NCBI GenBank assembly: GCA_045656425.1
Contig: JAZORE010000041.1
Location: forward strand, 4,579-68,578
Direction: 5' to 3'
Length of the DNA stretch: 64,000 nt
Source: Alloprevotella sp.
Lineage (GTDB): Bacteria > Bacteroidota > Bacteroidia > Bacteroidales > Bacteroidaceae
Part shown: piece by piece, positions 1 through 10,170 of the stretch
Numbering within the stretch: position 1 is the stretch's first letter
Layout of the letters: each line of letters starts with the position of its first letter
Translations under genes and position numbers: made by a program
The notes under the pieces: model-generated
The model's input: only the letters and a program-made list of their open reading frames with translations
Database searches by the model: none
Told to the model about the DNA's origin: nothing

Positions 1-1593
1 CCCGAAAGCGATGCCGTTCATGATATTGTTACTCTTGTTATCCACAAGTTCAAGCTTGATATGCTCTTGCCCGCGTCCCACAACCTTGCTCGTGCCATAG
101 TCGTAAACACGCGGTGTGAAGAAGATGGGCTTGGGATTTCCGGGACCAAAGGGCGAGAACTTCTTCAAGTCTTGATAGAACTTCATATTGATGTCGCTGA
201 AGTCGAGTTGGGCGTCAATATCCAAGGTGGGTTGCGTTTGCTCATCAAGAATATGCTCCGCCACATAGGCTTCAAAGCGCTGCTTAAACTCCTCAACATG
301 CTCTACCTTGAGCGAAAGACCAGCGGCATAGGTGTGACCACCAAAGTTCTCAAGCAGGTCCGCACAATGCTGCACAGCGCTGTAGACATCAAAGCCCGAA
401 ACCGAACGCGCTGAGCCTGTAGCGATACCCTCGCTACGCGTAAGCACTACGGCAGGACGATAGTAGAGTTCCGTCAGGCGTGACGCCACAATACCGATAA
501 CCCCCTTATGCCACGCCTCGTTGTAAATCACCACCGAGCGGTGGTCGTCAATACCAGGCGTTGCCTTCGCCATCTCAATCGCCTCTTCCGTCATCTGCTT
601 ATCAAGGTCCTTGCGGGCATCGTTGTACTGGTCAATCAAGTTTGCCAACTCCAACGCCTCTGGGTAGTTGCGCTCTACAAGGAGTTGCACCGCCTCTTTC
701 CCGTTCTGCATTCTGCCCGAAGCATTGAGGCGCGGACCGATTTTGAAAATGATGTCGTTCATCGTCACCTCACGGTCGCCCACGCCACACACCTCACATA
801 CAGCCTTGAGTCCCACAGAGGGTTTGCTGTTGAGTATGCGCAATCCATGGTACGCCAAAATGCGGTTTTCACCCATGATGGGCACGATATCCGAAGCGAT
901 ACTGATGACGCAAAGGTCGAGCAACTGATGCAACTGATTGAACTCGATGCCATTGCTCTGCGCAAAGGCCTGCATAAACTTGAAGCCCACGCCACAACCT
1001 GAGAGGTCGGTGTAAGGGTAACGGTTATCCTCGCGCTTAGGATTGAGAATCGCCACCGCACAAGGGAGTTCGGCGTCGGGAACGTGGTGGTCGCAAATAA
1101 TGAAGTCGATACCCAACTCCTTGGCATAAGCTATTTCCTCTACAGCCTTGATACCGCAGTCCAAAACGATGATTAAGCCAACACCCGTTTCGGCAGCAAA
1201 TTCCACACCCTTCTTTGAAACACCATACCCTTCGTCATAGCGGTCGGGAATATAGAAGTCCACATTAGGGTAGTAATCACGTAAGAACTTATAAACCAAC
1301 GCCACCGCCGTACATCCGTCGACGTCGTAATCGCCATAGACCATAATGCGCTCCTTACGGATCATCGCCTCATTCAGTCGGTCTACAGCCTCCTGCATAT
1401 CGTTCATCAGGAAAGGGTCGTGCAGGTCGGCAAGTTGAGGTCGGAAAAAGCGCTTTGCCTCGTGCGACGTGGTGAATCCACGTTGAGCCAGCAGGTGCCC
1501 CAAAGCAGGGTGTACCCCCACCTCAAGCGCCAGCTGCTCCTCGGCGGCTTTCACCTCGGGAGACGGCAGTTCGTAATTCCATTTATATATCAT
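1..1593 (-). CDS. recJ: Single-stranded-DNA-specific exonuclease RecJ (3' end runs off the window)
   Basis: Manual translation from ATG at 1593: MIYKWNYELP...DLHDPFLMNDMQEAVDRL...RIMVYGDYDVDGCTAVALVYK (RecJ/DHH motif I). Absent from the ORF track because the stop lies outside the window. Confidence 0.93.
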   Translation of the reverse strand, partial: MIYKWNYELPSPEVKAAEEQLALEVGVHPALGHLLAQRGFTTSHEAKRFFRPQLADLHDPFLMNDMQEAVDRLNEAMIRKERIMVYGDYDVDGCTAVALVYKFLRDYYPNVDFYIPDRYDEGYGVSKKGVEFAAETGVGLIIVLDCGIKAVEEIAYAKELGIDFIICDHHVPDAELPCAVAILNPKREDNRYPYTDLSGCGVGFKFMQAFAQSNGIEFNQLHQLLDLCVISIASDIVPIMGENRILAYHGLRILNSKPSVGLKAVCEVCGVGDREVTMNDIIFKIGPRLNASGRMQNGKEAVQLLVERNYPEALELANLIDQYNDARKDLDKQMTEEAIEMAKATPGIDDHRSVVIYNEAWHKGVIGIVASRLTELYYRPAVVLTRSEGIATGSARSVSGFDVYSAVQHCADLLENFGGHTYAAGLSLKVEHVEEFKQRFEAYVAEHILDEQTQPTLDIDAQLDFSDINMKFYQDLKKFSPFGPGNPKPIFFTPRVYDYGTSKVVGRGQEHIKLELVDNKSNNIMNGIAFG

Positions 1594-1758
1594 TGTCGTA
1601 TAATTTTGTCAAATCCATAGGGAGCGCCCAAACGGCACTATCCCAATTAGCGAGTAAAATTACAAAAAATCCCCGACTTTTCCCCTGCAAACTCACCACA
1701 TTTTGTCACATATACATACATTTTAACACGCGAGCGCGATTCTGCCAAAAACAAAGTG

Positions 1759-1766
1759 TATATTTG
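1759..1766 (+). promoter_or_regulatory. Bacteroidetes -7 promoter box (TATATTTG)
   Basis: Matches TAnnTTTG about 120 nt upstream of the ATG at 1888. Confidence 0.6.
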
Positions 1767-1887
1767 CAGAATATTTTGATTAAGGTTTTGAGGTTATAAG
1801 GTCTTAAAGTTGTACGGTTACCGAACCGCTTTCCAAACTACTCACCACCCGCTCCTCACTCCTAACTATCTTCCCCATCCTCCCTAT

Positions 1888-3699
1888 ATGCAAGCAATCA
1901 TCCTCGCAGCCGGAATGGGACGCCGCTTGGGCGATCTCACCAAAGACAATACGAAATGCATGGTAAAGGTGAACGGCACGCCGCTCATCGACCGACTTTT
2001 ATCTCAACTCTCACAACTCGATCTCAACCGCGTAGTCATCGTGGTTGGGTATGAGGGCGAAAAACTGAAGGCACACATCGGCACACGTTACGACGAGGCG
2101 CTGAAGATTGAATATGTTTGCAACCCTGTTTTCGACAAGACCAATAACATCTACTCCCTTGCGTTGGCAAAGGAACAGTTGCAGGAGGACGACACGCTCC
2201 TCATTGAGAGCGACCTTATCTTTGACGATGCCATGTTCCCCCTCTTGCTCAACGACCCCTACCCTAATTTGGCGCTCGTAGCTAAATATCAGACGTGGAT
2301 GGACGGCACGATGGTGCGCATTGACGAAGATAACAACATTGTAAATTTTGTACCTAAAAAGGCGTTCAAATATACCGATGTTGATTCGTATTATAAAACA
2401 GTAAACATCTATAAGTTCAGCAAGGAATTTGCGCGCAACAAATACGTTCCCTTCCTTGAAGCCTACACGAAGGCGCTGGGCAACAACGAGTACTACGAAC
2501 AGGTGCTCCGCGTCATTACCTTCCTCGACAAGTCGGAACTCAAGGCGCTCCCCATCTCTGATGAGAAGTGGTATGAGATTGACGATATTCAGGATTTGGA
2601 TATTGCCGAAGCCCTTTTCGCAGAAGGCGAAGAGCGCTTGAAGAAATACATGAAGCGCTTCGGAGGCTATTGGCGCTTCCCAGGATTGTTGGATTACTGC
2701 TACTTGGTAAATCCCTACTACCCCTCAGCCCGCATGATGGATGAGATGCGTGCGAACTTCAACATCTTGCTTACGGAATACCCCTCGGGCATGTATGTTA
2801 ATTCACTCCTCGCTGGCAAATGTTTTGGAGTGAAGCAGGACTACGTAGTACCCGGAAACGGGGCGGCAGAACTCATCAAGAGTCTTATGGAACTGCTCCC
2901 TGGAAAGTTAGGTGTTTCTTACCCCACTTTTGAAGAGTATCCCAACCGCCGCAATGCCGATAGTTTGGAAATCTTTACCCCCCAGAATGCCGACTTCCAC
3001 TATACGGCGGAAGACCTCAAGACGTATTTCTCTGCACATCCCGTTGACACGCTCCTCCTCGTCAATCCCGACAATCCTTCGGGCAACTTCTTGACACGCG
3101 ATGAGGTGTTGGACCTCGCAAAGTGGTGTGGCGCACGCGGCATGAAGTTTGTGGTGGACGAATCGTTCGTGGATTTCAGCGAAAATTACGAGCAACACAC
3201 CCTGCTTGCCGACTCCATCCTTGAGGCTTACCCCTGGATGATGGTAATGAAGAGCATTTCTAAATCCTACGGCGTCCCCGGTCTGCGCCTCGGCATTCTC
3301 GCCTCAGCAGATAAGAAACTCATTGCCACACTCAAGAAGGACGTGGCGATTTGGAACATGAATTCGTTTGCAGAATTCTACATGCAAATCTTCACCAAGT
3401 ATGAGGCAGACTACCGTCGTGCTTGCGTGAAATTCCAAGAGGAACGCCAAATGTTCCTTGCCGAACTTCAAACAATTCCCTACCTGCGCGTCATCCCCTC
3501 TCAAGCAAACTACTTCCTGTGTGAAGTTACCGCAAAATACACGTCTCACGAATTGGTGCTCCGCCTGCTTGAAGATTACAATATCTTGGCAAAAGACTGT
3601 AGCACAAAGAAGGTGTTCGACGGCAGAAGTTACATTCGCCTCGCCATCCGCAACCGCGCCGACAACCAGCGCCTTATTGCAGCGCTGAAGCAACTCTAA
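1888..3699 (+). CDS. LicC-like phospho-aminoalcohol nucleotidyltransferase fused to a class I/II PLP enzyme (HisC/CobD-like)
   Basis: N-domain AIILAAGMGRRL, ESDLIF, WYEIDDIQDL; C-domain NPDNPSG, VVDESFVDF, KSISKSYGVPGLRLG. Likely ATG at 1888. Confidence 0.85.
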   Translation: MQAIILAAGMGRRLGDLTKDNTKCMVKVNGTPLIDRLLSQLSQLDLNRVVIVVGYEGEKLKAHIGTRYDEALKIEYVCNPVFDKTNNIYSLALAKEQLQEDDTLLIESDLIFDDAMFPLLLNDPYPNLALVAKYQTWMDGTMVRIDEDNNIVNFVPKKAFKYTDVDSYYKTVNIYKFSKEFARNKYVPFLEAYTKALGNNEYYEQVLRVITFLDKSELKALPISDEKWYEIDDIQDLDIAEALFAEGEERLKKYMKRFGGYWRFPGLLDYCYLVNPYYPSARMMDEMRANFNILLTEYPSGMYVNSLLAGKCFGVKQDYVVPGNGAAELIKSLMELLPGKLGVSYPTFEEYPNRRNADSLEIFTPQNADFHYTAEDLKTYFSAHPVDTLLLVNPDNPSGNFLTRDEVLDLAKWCGARGMKFVVDESFVDFSENYEQHTLLADSILEAYPWMMVMKSISKSYGVPGLRLGILASADKKLIATLKKDVAIWNMNSFAEFYMQIFTKYEADYRRACVKFQEERQMFLAELQTIPYLRVIPSQANYFLCEVTAKYTSHELVLRLLEDYNILAKDCSTKKVFDGRSYIRLAIRNRADNQRLIAALKQL

Positions 3700-3714
3700 A
3701 GACACATTCCAACT

Positions 3715-4731
3715 ATGCAAATTTGTATTTGCGGAGGCGGATCTCTGGCGCACGTTTGTGCTGGAGTTCTTGCCTCTGACACAAATAACCGCGTGAGCAT
3801 TTTGACGCGCCGCCCTTCTGAATGGCACGATTCCATCGAGGTTTTTGACCCTAAAGGCCACACCTTTGTGGGAAAACTTGCGCACGTATCTTCTGCACCC
3901 TCTGAAGTAATTTCGGGGGCAGAAGTTGTATTGCTGTGTCTCCCTGGTTATGCGATTGCCGAAGTGCTCCATCAAATCAAGCCTTACCTTTCGGAAACGA
4001 CCTATGTGGGGAGCATCGTTTGCAGCACGGGCTTCTTTTTCTTCGCCCACGAAATCTTGACGTCCCAAACGCCACTTTTCGGGTTCCAACGCGTTCCCTT
4101 CATCGCACGAACCATTCATTACGGCAAAAGTGCAAACCTCTTGGGGTACAAGAATGAAGTGGCTGTGGTTATTGAGCATCAAGATGCGGACACAGAACCA
4201 ATGCGTCAATGGATTGAGAAGGCTTTTCTGACACCCACCCGACTCCTCAACCACTATTACGAAGTGAGTCTGACGAATAGCAATCCTATTCTCCACACCA
4301 GCCGACTCTACAGCATGTGGAAGGATTGGGACGGCACGCCTTTCCCCGTCAATACGCCCTTCTACAGAGAATGGACGCTCGAGGCCTCAGAAATCCTCAT
4401 CGCCATGGACGAAGAGTTTATGCGCCTGCTCGACCACCTGCCCGTAGACAAGGGGCAAATCCCCACGTTACTTGACTATTACGAAAGCACCGACGCGGCG
4501 TCGCTCACGCGCAAGATTTCGTCAATACAGGCGTTCAAAAACATCCTCTCACCCATGAATGAAACGCCCGAAGGGTGGATGCCCGACTTCAAAAGTCGCT
4601 ACTTCACCGAAGACTTCCCCTACGGTCTTCAGTTCATCAAGAATCTTGCCGAACAACATCAGGTTTCTACCCCTCAAATTGACCAAGTTTTGACTTGGGG
4701 GCTGTCTAAATTAAAATCATCTCCCTTGTAG
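3715..4731 (+). CDS. NAD/NADP octopine/nopaline (opine) dehydrogenase family protein
   Basis: Rossmann motif ICGGGSLAH; NSNPILH and SRYFTEDFPYGL motifs of the opine dehydrogenase helical domain. Confidence 0.8.
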   Translation: MQICICGGGSLAHVCAGVLASDTNNRVSILTRRPSEWHDSIEVFDPKGHTFVGKLAHVSSAPSEVISGAEVVLLCLPGYAIAEVLHQIKPYLSETTYVGSIVCSTGFFFFAHEILTSQTPLFGFQRVPFIARTIHYGKSANLLGYKNEVAVVIEHQDADTEPMRQWIEKAFLTPTRLLNHYYEVSLTNSNPILHTSRLYSMWKDWDGTPFPVNTPFYREWTLEASEILIAMDEEFMRLLDHLPVDKGQIPTLLDYYESTDAASLTRKISSIQAFKNILSPMNETPEGWMPDFKSRYFTEDFPYGLQFIKNLAEQHQVSTPQIDQVLTWGLSKLKSSPL

Positions 4732-4797
4732 TTAAAACAATTCGGCACTTAATTAAAACAATTCGGCGTTTAATTGAAACTAATCGGCACTTTGTTT
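4731..4797. repeat. Three ~22-bp units (TTAAAACAATTCGGCAC-like); dispersed family with copies at ~8731, ~56769 and ~59148
   Basis: Read directly: gttaaaacaattcggcact / taattaaaacaattcggcgtt / taattgaaactaatcggcact. Confidence 0.75.
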
Positions 4798-4865
4798 TTA
4801 CTCGTGGACGATTAAACTTTAGAAGGTGAGTTACAACGCATTAAATCCTAAGAGAACATACCTCA

Positions 4866-5657
4866 ATGACCAAAATTGACTCCATACAAGAGCTACGCCA
4901 GCTGCAAATTGACATTCTCGACACGGTGCACCAGTTCTGCCTGGAACGAGGAATCACCTATTTTATCTCCTGCGGCACCCTCCTGGGCGCCGTTCGCCAT
5001 GGGGGGTACATTCCATGGGACGACGACATCGACCTTTACATGCCCCGCGAGAGTTACGACCGATTTGTTCGAGAATTTGTGGGAGTCGTGCCCCACTTAG
5101 AAGTGTATGCCACGGGCAAGGAGGGATATTTTTACACCTTTGCCAAGGTTGTCGACACGCGCACCAAGTTGGTGGAAGACGAATTCCCCGACCTTTCGTT
5201 GGGCATCAACATTGACATCTTCCCCGTCGATGGCGTGGCGAACGCCATGTGGCAAAGGAAGTTGGAATTCAAGTTCAAGGAGTTTTTGGTGAATTGGTTG
5301 CGCATCCGTCGCAAGAAGGAGCGCGAGTCTAAGGGATTCCTGCGCGACATGGTGGCATGCTTTTTCAAAAAAATGCCCATTTCATCGGGGAAAATCACCG
5401 CTTTCTTCCACAAATTCTGCGCCCGTCATGAGCAGTCGGAATATGTGTGCAACCTTTCCGAAGTAGGCCCCAGCATTAAGGGATGCATTCCCCGCTCTTG
5501 CATAACCAGTAGCGTTGACATCCTTTTCGAGGGCAAGCCTTACAAGACCATGAACGGCTACATCGAATACCTGACGGCGACCTACGGCGACTATATGAAA
5601 TTGCCGCCGAAAGAGAAGCAGGTACCCCATAATTGCACCGCGTATTGGTTGGATTAA
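4866..5657 (+). CDS. LicD-family phosphotransferase
   Basis: GTLLGAVRHGGYIPWDDDIDL, IDIFPVD, YLTATYGDYMKLPP. Confidence 0.9.
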   Translation: MTKIDSIQELRQLQIDILDTVHQFCLERGITYFISCGTLLGAVRHGGYIPWDDDIDLYMPRESYDRFVREFVGVVPHLEVYATGKEGYFYTFAKVVDTRTKLVEDEFPDLSLGINIDIFPVDGVANAMWQRKLEFKFKEFLVNWLRIRRKKERESKGFLRDMVACFFKKMPISSGKITAFFHKFCARHEQSEYVCNLSEVGPSIKGCIPRSCITSSVDILFEGKPYKTMNGYIEYLTATYGDYMKLPPKEKQVPHNCTAYWLD

Positions 5658-5734
5658 AACTATGAAATCTCATACTCTAAAAGCTGACGCCCTCATAACC
5701 TTAAAACCTCAAACCTCATAACCTCAAGAAACAA

Positions 5735-7171
5735 ATGAAACGCTTTTCCAGTCTCCTCATTATCCTTTGCATCGCACTCTCTGTCGTTGCGCAAGGCAAG
5801 GCAAAATATGTATTCTACTTCATCGGCGACGGCATGGGTGTCAACCAAGTGAATGCAGCCGAAACCTATCTCGCTGCCCTTGAGGGACGCATTGGTATCA
5901 AACCGATGCAGTTTTCTTCATTCCCCCATGTGGCGCTCGTACATACGGAATCTGCCACGAATGGTGTGACCGACTCAGCAGCTGGCGGGACAGCCCTTGC
6001 TACGGGTGAGAAGACGAAGAACGGTGTTATCTCTATGACGCCCGACGGACAGACTTCCGTCCTCAGCATCGCTACTGCAGCCCAAGAAAAGGGAATGGCG
6101 GTTGGTGTGGCGACCTCTGTAAGCATTGACCACGCCACTCCCGCAAGTTTCTATGCTCATGAAGCCTCTCGCAATAACTACCACCGCATTGGACACGACC
6201 TCTTGGAGGCAAAGTTTGACTTCTACGCGGGTTCTGCGTTCTTGCAGCCTACGCACAAAGACTGCCCCAACGAAGTACCCCTCTATCAGCTCTATGAAAA
6301 TGCGGGCTACACCCTTCTCAAGGGGAATGTGATTGACAACAAGAAGGTTAAAAAAGCCAAGCGCTTGATGCTTTTGCAATCCGACGAAGCTAATGCGTTT
6401 GACAATACAGCCCTGCCCTACGCCATTGACCGTGGCGAGAACGATCTTACACTTGCTACCATCGTAAGCAAGGGGATTGATTTCTTGATGAAAAAGAACA
6501 AGGACGGTTTCTTCTTCGCCATCGAAGGCGGTAAGATTGACTGGGCATGCCATGCCAATGACGCGGCGGCGGTAATCCAGGAAACGCTCGACCTTGACGA
6601 AGCGGTGAAGGTGGCTCTTGAATTTTACAAACAACACCCCGACGAAACGCTCATCGTTGTGACTGCCGACCACGAAACGGGCGGGATGTCGCTCGGTACT
6701 GGAGCTTACGAACTCCGCCTTCACTTGTTGCAACACCAGAAAATGAGTGCGTGGAAATACACCAAGCATATCTCACAACTCCACACCACCCTCGGCGACG
6801 CATTTACCTGGGAAGTGGTGAAGAAAGACTTGACCGAAAACTTTGGTTTCTGGGAGCACATCGCCATCAGCGAACGCCAGGAAGCACGTCTCAAGAAAGC
6901 CTACGAAGCCCTCGTTGCCGGAAAAGCGGAAGGCAATAAGAGTCTTTACTCTCAGGAAGATGCCATCGCTACTACCGCCAAGGAAATCATCAATCGCGCA
7001 GCCCTCGTGGGTTGGACCAGTGGCGGACACTCAAATGGTTATGTCCCCGCCTTTGCAATCGGTGTGGGCGCAGAACAATTCTCTGGACGCATCGACAATA
7101 CGGACGTAGCGAAGCGCACGCGTAAAGCGTTCACACTTACTCAAGAAGAACGCAACGCCAGGGTTAAATAA
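5735..7171 (+). CDS. Alkaline phosphatase (secreted)
   Basis: Signal peptide; FIGDGMG, VTDSAAGGTALATG, IDWACHAND, TADHETGG. Confidence 0.92.
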   Translation: MKRFSSLLIILCIALSVVAQGKAKYVFYFIGDGMGVNQVNAAETYLAALEGRIGIKPMQFSSFPHVALVHTESATNGVTDSAAGGTALATGEKTKNGVISMTPDGQTSVLSIATAAQEKGMAVGVATSVSIDHATPASFYAHEASRNNYHRIGHDLLEAKFDFYAGSAFLQPTHKDCPNEVPLYQLYENAGYTLLKGNVIDNKKVKKAKRLMLLQSDEANAFDNTALPYAIDRGENDLTLATIVSKGIDFLMKKNKDGFFFAIEGGKIDWACHANDAAAVIQETLDLDEAVKVALEFYKQHPDETLIVVTADHETGGMSLGTGAYELRLHLLQHQKMSAWKYTKHISQLHTTLGDAFTWEVVKKDLTENFGFWEHIAISERQEARLKKAYEALVAGKAEGNKSLYSQEDAIATTAKEIINRAALVGWTSGGHSNGYVPAFAIGVGAEQFSGRIDNTDVAKRTRKAFTLTQEERNARVK

Positions 7172-7236
7172 CAGTCTTTTACCAGCATTGTCTAACCCTT
7201 AAAACCTCACAACCTAAAAACCTCAAGACCTCATAA

Positions 7237-8478
7237 ATGAAAGAATTTATACAATCAGAAGCTAAAGCCGAGACCGCCATCCTCGTAGCCCTTATCACGA
7301 AGCGACAGGATGAGCGGAAGACGAATGAATACTTGGATGAATTGGAATTCCTTGCCGAAACGGCAGGAGCTGTTACGGTGAAGCGCTTCACGCAACGCGT
7401 GGACGGTCCCAGCAGCATTACCTACGTCGGCAAGGGTAAGTTGGAGGAAATCCGCCAGTACATCGAGATGGAAGAAGAGGCGGAGCGCGAAATCGGTATG
7501 GTGATTTTCGACGACGAACTTTCGGCAAAGCAATTACGCAATATCGAAGCGGAACTGAAGGTCAAGATTTTGGACCGCACGAGTCTCATTCTCGACATCT
7601 TTGCCATGCGTGCGCAGACGGCAAATGCCAAGACGCAAGTAGAACTTGCACAGTACCGCTACATGCTCCCCCGCCTGCAGCGCCTTTGGACTCACTTGGA
7701 GCGCCAGCGTGGGGGTGCCGTAGGACTTCGTGGTCCTGGGGAAACGCAGTTAGAAATGGACCGTCGTATCATCCTCAACCGCATGTCGCTACTTAAGGAA
7801 CGCTTGGCGGAAATTGACAAACAGAAGACTACGCAACGCAAAAACCGCGGACAGATGGTGCGTGTGGCGCTCGTGGGCTACACGAACGTGGGAAAATCTA
7901 CCCTCACCAACCTCCTTGCCAAGAGTGAAGTGTTTGCCGAAAACAAACTCTTCGCCACACTCGACACTACCGTGCGCAAGGTCATCATCGAAAACCTCCC
8001 CTTCCTGCTTACCGACACGGTAGGTTTCATTCGCAAACTTCCCCACGACCTTGTAGATTCCTTTAAGTCTACACTCGACGAAGTGCGCGAGGCAGACATC
8101 CTCTTCCACATCGTTGACGTGAGTCACCCCGAGTTTGAAGAACAAATGCAGGTGGTGAACCAAACGCTTGCAGACTTGGGTTGTGCCGACAAACCCACGG
8201 TCATTGTCTTCAACAAGATGGACGCCTACCGCTGGACCGAAAAGGATGCCGACGACCTCACTCCTGCTGGCAAGGAAAACGTATCACTCGACGACTTGAT
8301 GAACACGTGGATGAGCCGCGTAGGCGATGACTGCATCTTCATCTCAGCGCGTCAGAAGACCAATATTGAAGAACTCAAGGAGTTGCTTTACAAGCGCGTC
8401 AGAGAACTCCACGTGCAGAAGTACCCCTACAACAACTTCCTCTTCCAGCAGTATAATGCGGAGGGTGAAGCGGAATAA
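7237..8478 (+). CDS. hflX: GTPase HflX
   Basis: GPGETQLEMDRR, GYTNVGKS, LFATLDTT, DTVGFI, NKMD. Confidence 0.96.
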   Translation: MKEFIQSEAKAETAILVALITKRQDERKTNEYLDELEFLAETAGAVTVKRFTQRVDGPSSITYVGKGKLEEIRQYIEMEEEAEREIGMVIFDDELSAKQLRNIEAELKVKILDRTSLILDIFAMRAQTANAKTQVELAQYRYMLPRLQRLWTHLERQRGGAVGLRGPGETQLEMDRRIILNRMSLLKERLAEIDKQKTTQRKNRGQMVRVALVGYTNVGKSTLTNLLAKSEVFAENKLFATLDTTVRKVIIENLPFLLTDTVGFIRKLPHDLVDSFKSTLDEVREADILFHIVDVSHPEFEEQMQVVNQTLADLGCADKPTVIVFNKMDAYRWTEKDADDLTPAGKENVSLDDLMNTWMSRVGDDCIFISARQKTNIEELKELLYKRVRELHVQKYPYNNFLFQQYNAEGEAE

Positions 8479-8504
8479 GCGGAGCAAACAGACATATACG
8501 AAAA

Positions 8505-8549
8505 GCGAGAGAGGCAATGCCCGTAGGGGGATTGCCTCTCTCGTTATTT
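8505..8549. terminator. Probable bidirectional intrinsic terminator between convergent hflX and manC
   Basis: Stem CGAGAGAGGCAAT / ATTGCCTCTCTCG flanked by A- and T-rich tails. Confidence 0.7.
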
Positions 8550-8730
8550 CAGGTATCTAAAATCCGCTTCTTTATGACCTATTGCAACATCATCAAGGCA
8601 ATGGTCACACGACAAAGTATTCTCGACATAATAGTTCTCGCAATCATGGTAACACATTGTGATTACCTGCTCTACGGAACCCATCTTTTCTTCAAAAATA
8701 CCTTCAAAATTCCAGCACCATCCGAATGCG

Positions 8731-8797
8731 CAAAACAAACTGCCGATTAAATCAAACTAATTACCGATTAAATTAAACTAATAGGCACTTTGTTTGC
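8731..8797. repeat. Copy of the ~22-bp TCGGCAC/GCCGA repeat family
   Basis: tgccgattaaatcaaactaa / ttaccgattaaattaaactaa / taggcactttgttt. Confidence 0.6.
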
Positions 8798-8837
8798 GCT
8801 ATGTCGGATGATAGAAAACAAACAATGGTTCTACGCT

Positions 8838-9932
8838 TTACACAAACTCTTCTCCGAGCTTCATTTGCGCTTCTGTAACAAGGCGACGCACGATTGCTGC
8901 ATCATGATTGGGGCAGACTACCAGCACACCGTCCTTTTCAGCCACCAAATACCCCTCAAGTCCAGCTATAACAGCAGCCTTTGCATCGGGAAGGCACACA
9001 AGGTTGCCGTATGCTTTATCAAAAAGCACCTTCGTTGAGGAAATCACCGCATTATCGTCGCTGTCTTTCTGCTCTACCTCATGCAATTCGGGCCACGAAC
9101 CGATGTCAGCCCACCCAAAGTTGCACGCCATGACCACAACGTTCTTCGTCTTTTCCAAAAGCAAGAGGTCGATGGATTGATGCACCATAGAGGGATACGA
9201 GGTGTAGAATAGTTCCTTGATTTCAGGCTCTGTCATTCCACCCAAGACCTTTTCAATACAGGTGCCAAAGGTGGGGAGTTCACGCGCAAGCATTTCCAAC
9301 ATCGTTGACAGGTTGCATATAAACATGCCTGAGTTCCAAAGGAATTCACCGCTGTTCACAAACATCTCCGCAAACTGCAAGTCGGGTTTCTCCGTAAAAG
9401 ATTTTACCATAGGATACTCCTCGTCTTTCACATCGTCCATCTGAATGTAACCATACCCCGTATTGGGAGTCGTAGGACGCACCCCGACCGCCAAGAAGTT
9501 GTTGTGGGTGTCCACATATTCCAAACCGCTCGACACTTGTTCGATGAAGCGTTCCTCATTAACAATATATTGGTCGGCAGGCGTAATGATGAGGTTACCA
9601 TTTCCAAAGCGCTTTGACAAGTAAAGGGCGGTCCATGCCGCAGCAGGGGCTGTGGACAACTGAACAGGCTCTATAAGAATCTGCTCCGCTTGTACCTGTG
9701 GCAACTGCTGATTTACGATGTCGGTATAATCTGCGAAAGTCGAAATATAAATATTCTCAGCAGGTATAAATTTGGCATAGCGGTCGTAGGTCTGCTGAAG
9801 GAGCGTACGCCCTGTGCCAAAGAAATCGACAAACTGCTTGGGCAGGTACTTACGGCTGTAGGGCCACAAACGACGACCTACCCCACCCGCCATAATCACA
9901 CAAAAGTTCTGGTTATTCGTCATAGTATTCAT
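8838..9932 (-). CDS. manC: Mannose-1-phosphate guanylyltransferase
   Basis: VIMAGGVGRRLWPYSRKYLPKQF, TGYGYI, FTEKPD, FLWNSGMF, GWADIGSW. Start at 9932 or 9923. Confidence 0.88.
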   Translation of the reverse strand: MNTMTNNQNFCVIMAGGVGRRLWPYSRKYLPKQFVDFFGTGRTLLQQTYDRYAKFIPAENIYISTFADYTDIVNQQLPQVQAEQILIEPVQLSTAPAAAWTALYLSKRFGNGNLIITPADQYIVNEERFIEQVSSGLEYVDTHNNFLAVGVRPTTPNTGYGYIQMDDVKDEEYPMVKSFTEKPDLQFAEMFVNSGEFLWNSGMFICNLSTMLEMLARELPTFGTCIEKVLGGMTEPEIKELFYTSYPSMVHQSIDLLLLEKTKNVVVMACNFGWADIGSWPELHEVEQKDSDDNAVISSTKVLFDKAYGNLVCLPDAKAAVIAGLEGYLVAEKDGVLVVCPNHDAAIVRRLVTEAQMKLGEEFV

Positions 9933-10067
9933 CTTATTCAGGTCAGTAACAAGCAACTACGCCTCTTGAAGCACACGAAGAGCCAAGAGGCAATAATTTC
10001 TTGGTTGCTAAGATAACGAATAATTCTCAGATTTAGTACCCTGCAAGAAAAATTTGACAACAAAATC

Positions 10068-10112
10068 GGCGAAAGCATACAGAACTCGTTTGCGACTTCA
10101 GCACGCTTTCGC
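10068..10112. terminator. Hairpin downstream of the beta-barrel gene
   Basis: GGCGAAAGC...GCTTTCGCC stem. Confidence 0.4.
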
Positions 10113-10170
10113 CTGATTTTAGCTCACCATCGGAAGTTTGAATAATACGTGCAATGACAAGCCAATGATG

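Noticed and set aside
61-1620. Plus-strand ORFs in the track
   Set aside because: They are antisense shadows of recJ. The same applies to the long antisense ORFs at 3304-4296, 5975-6769, 55965-56657 and 59365-60057.
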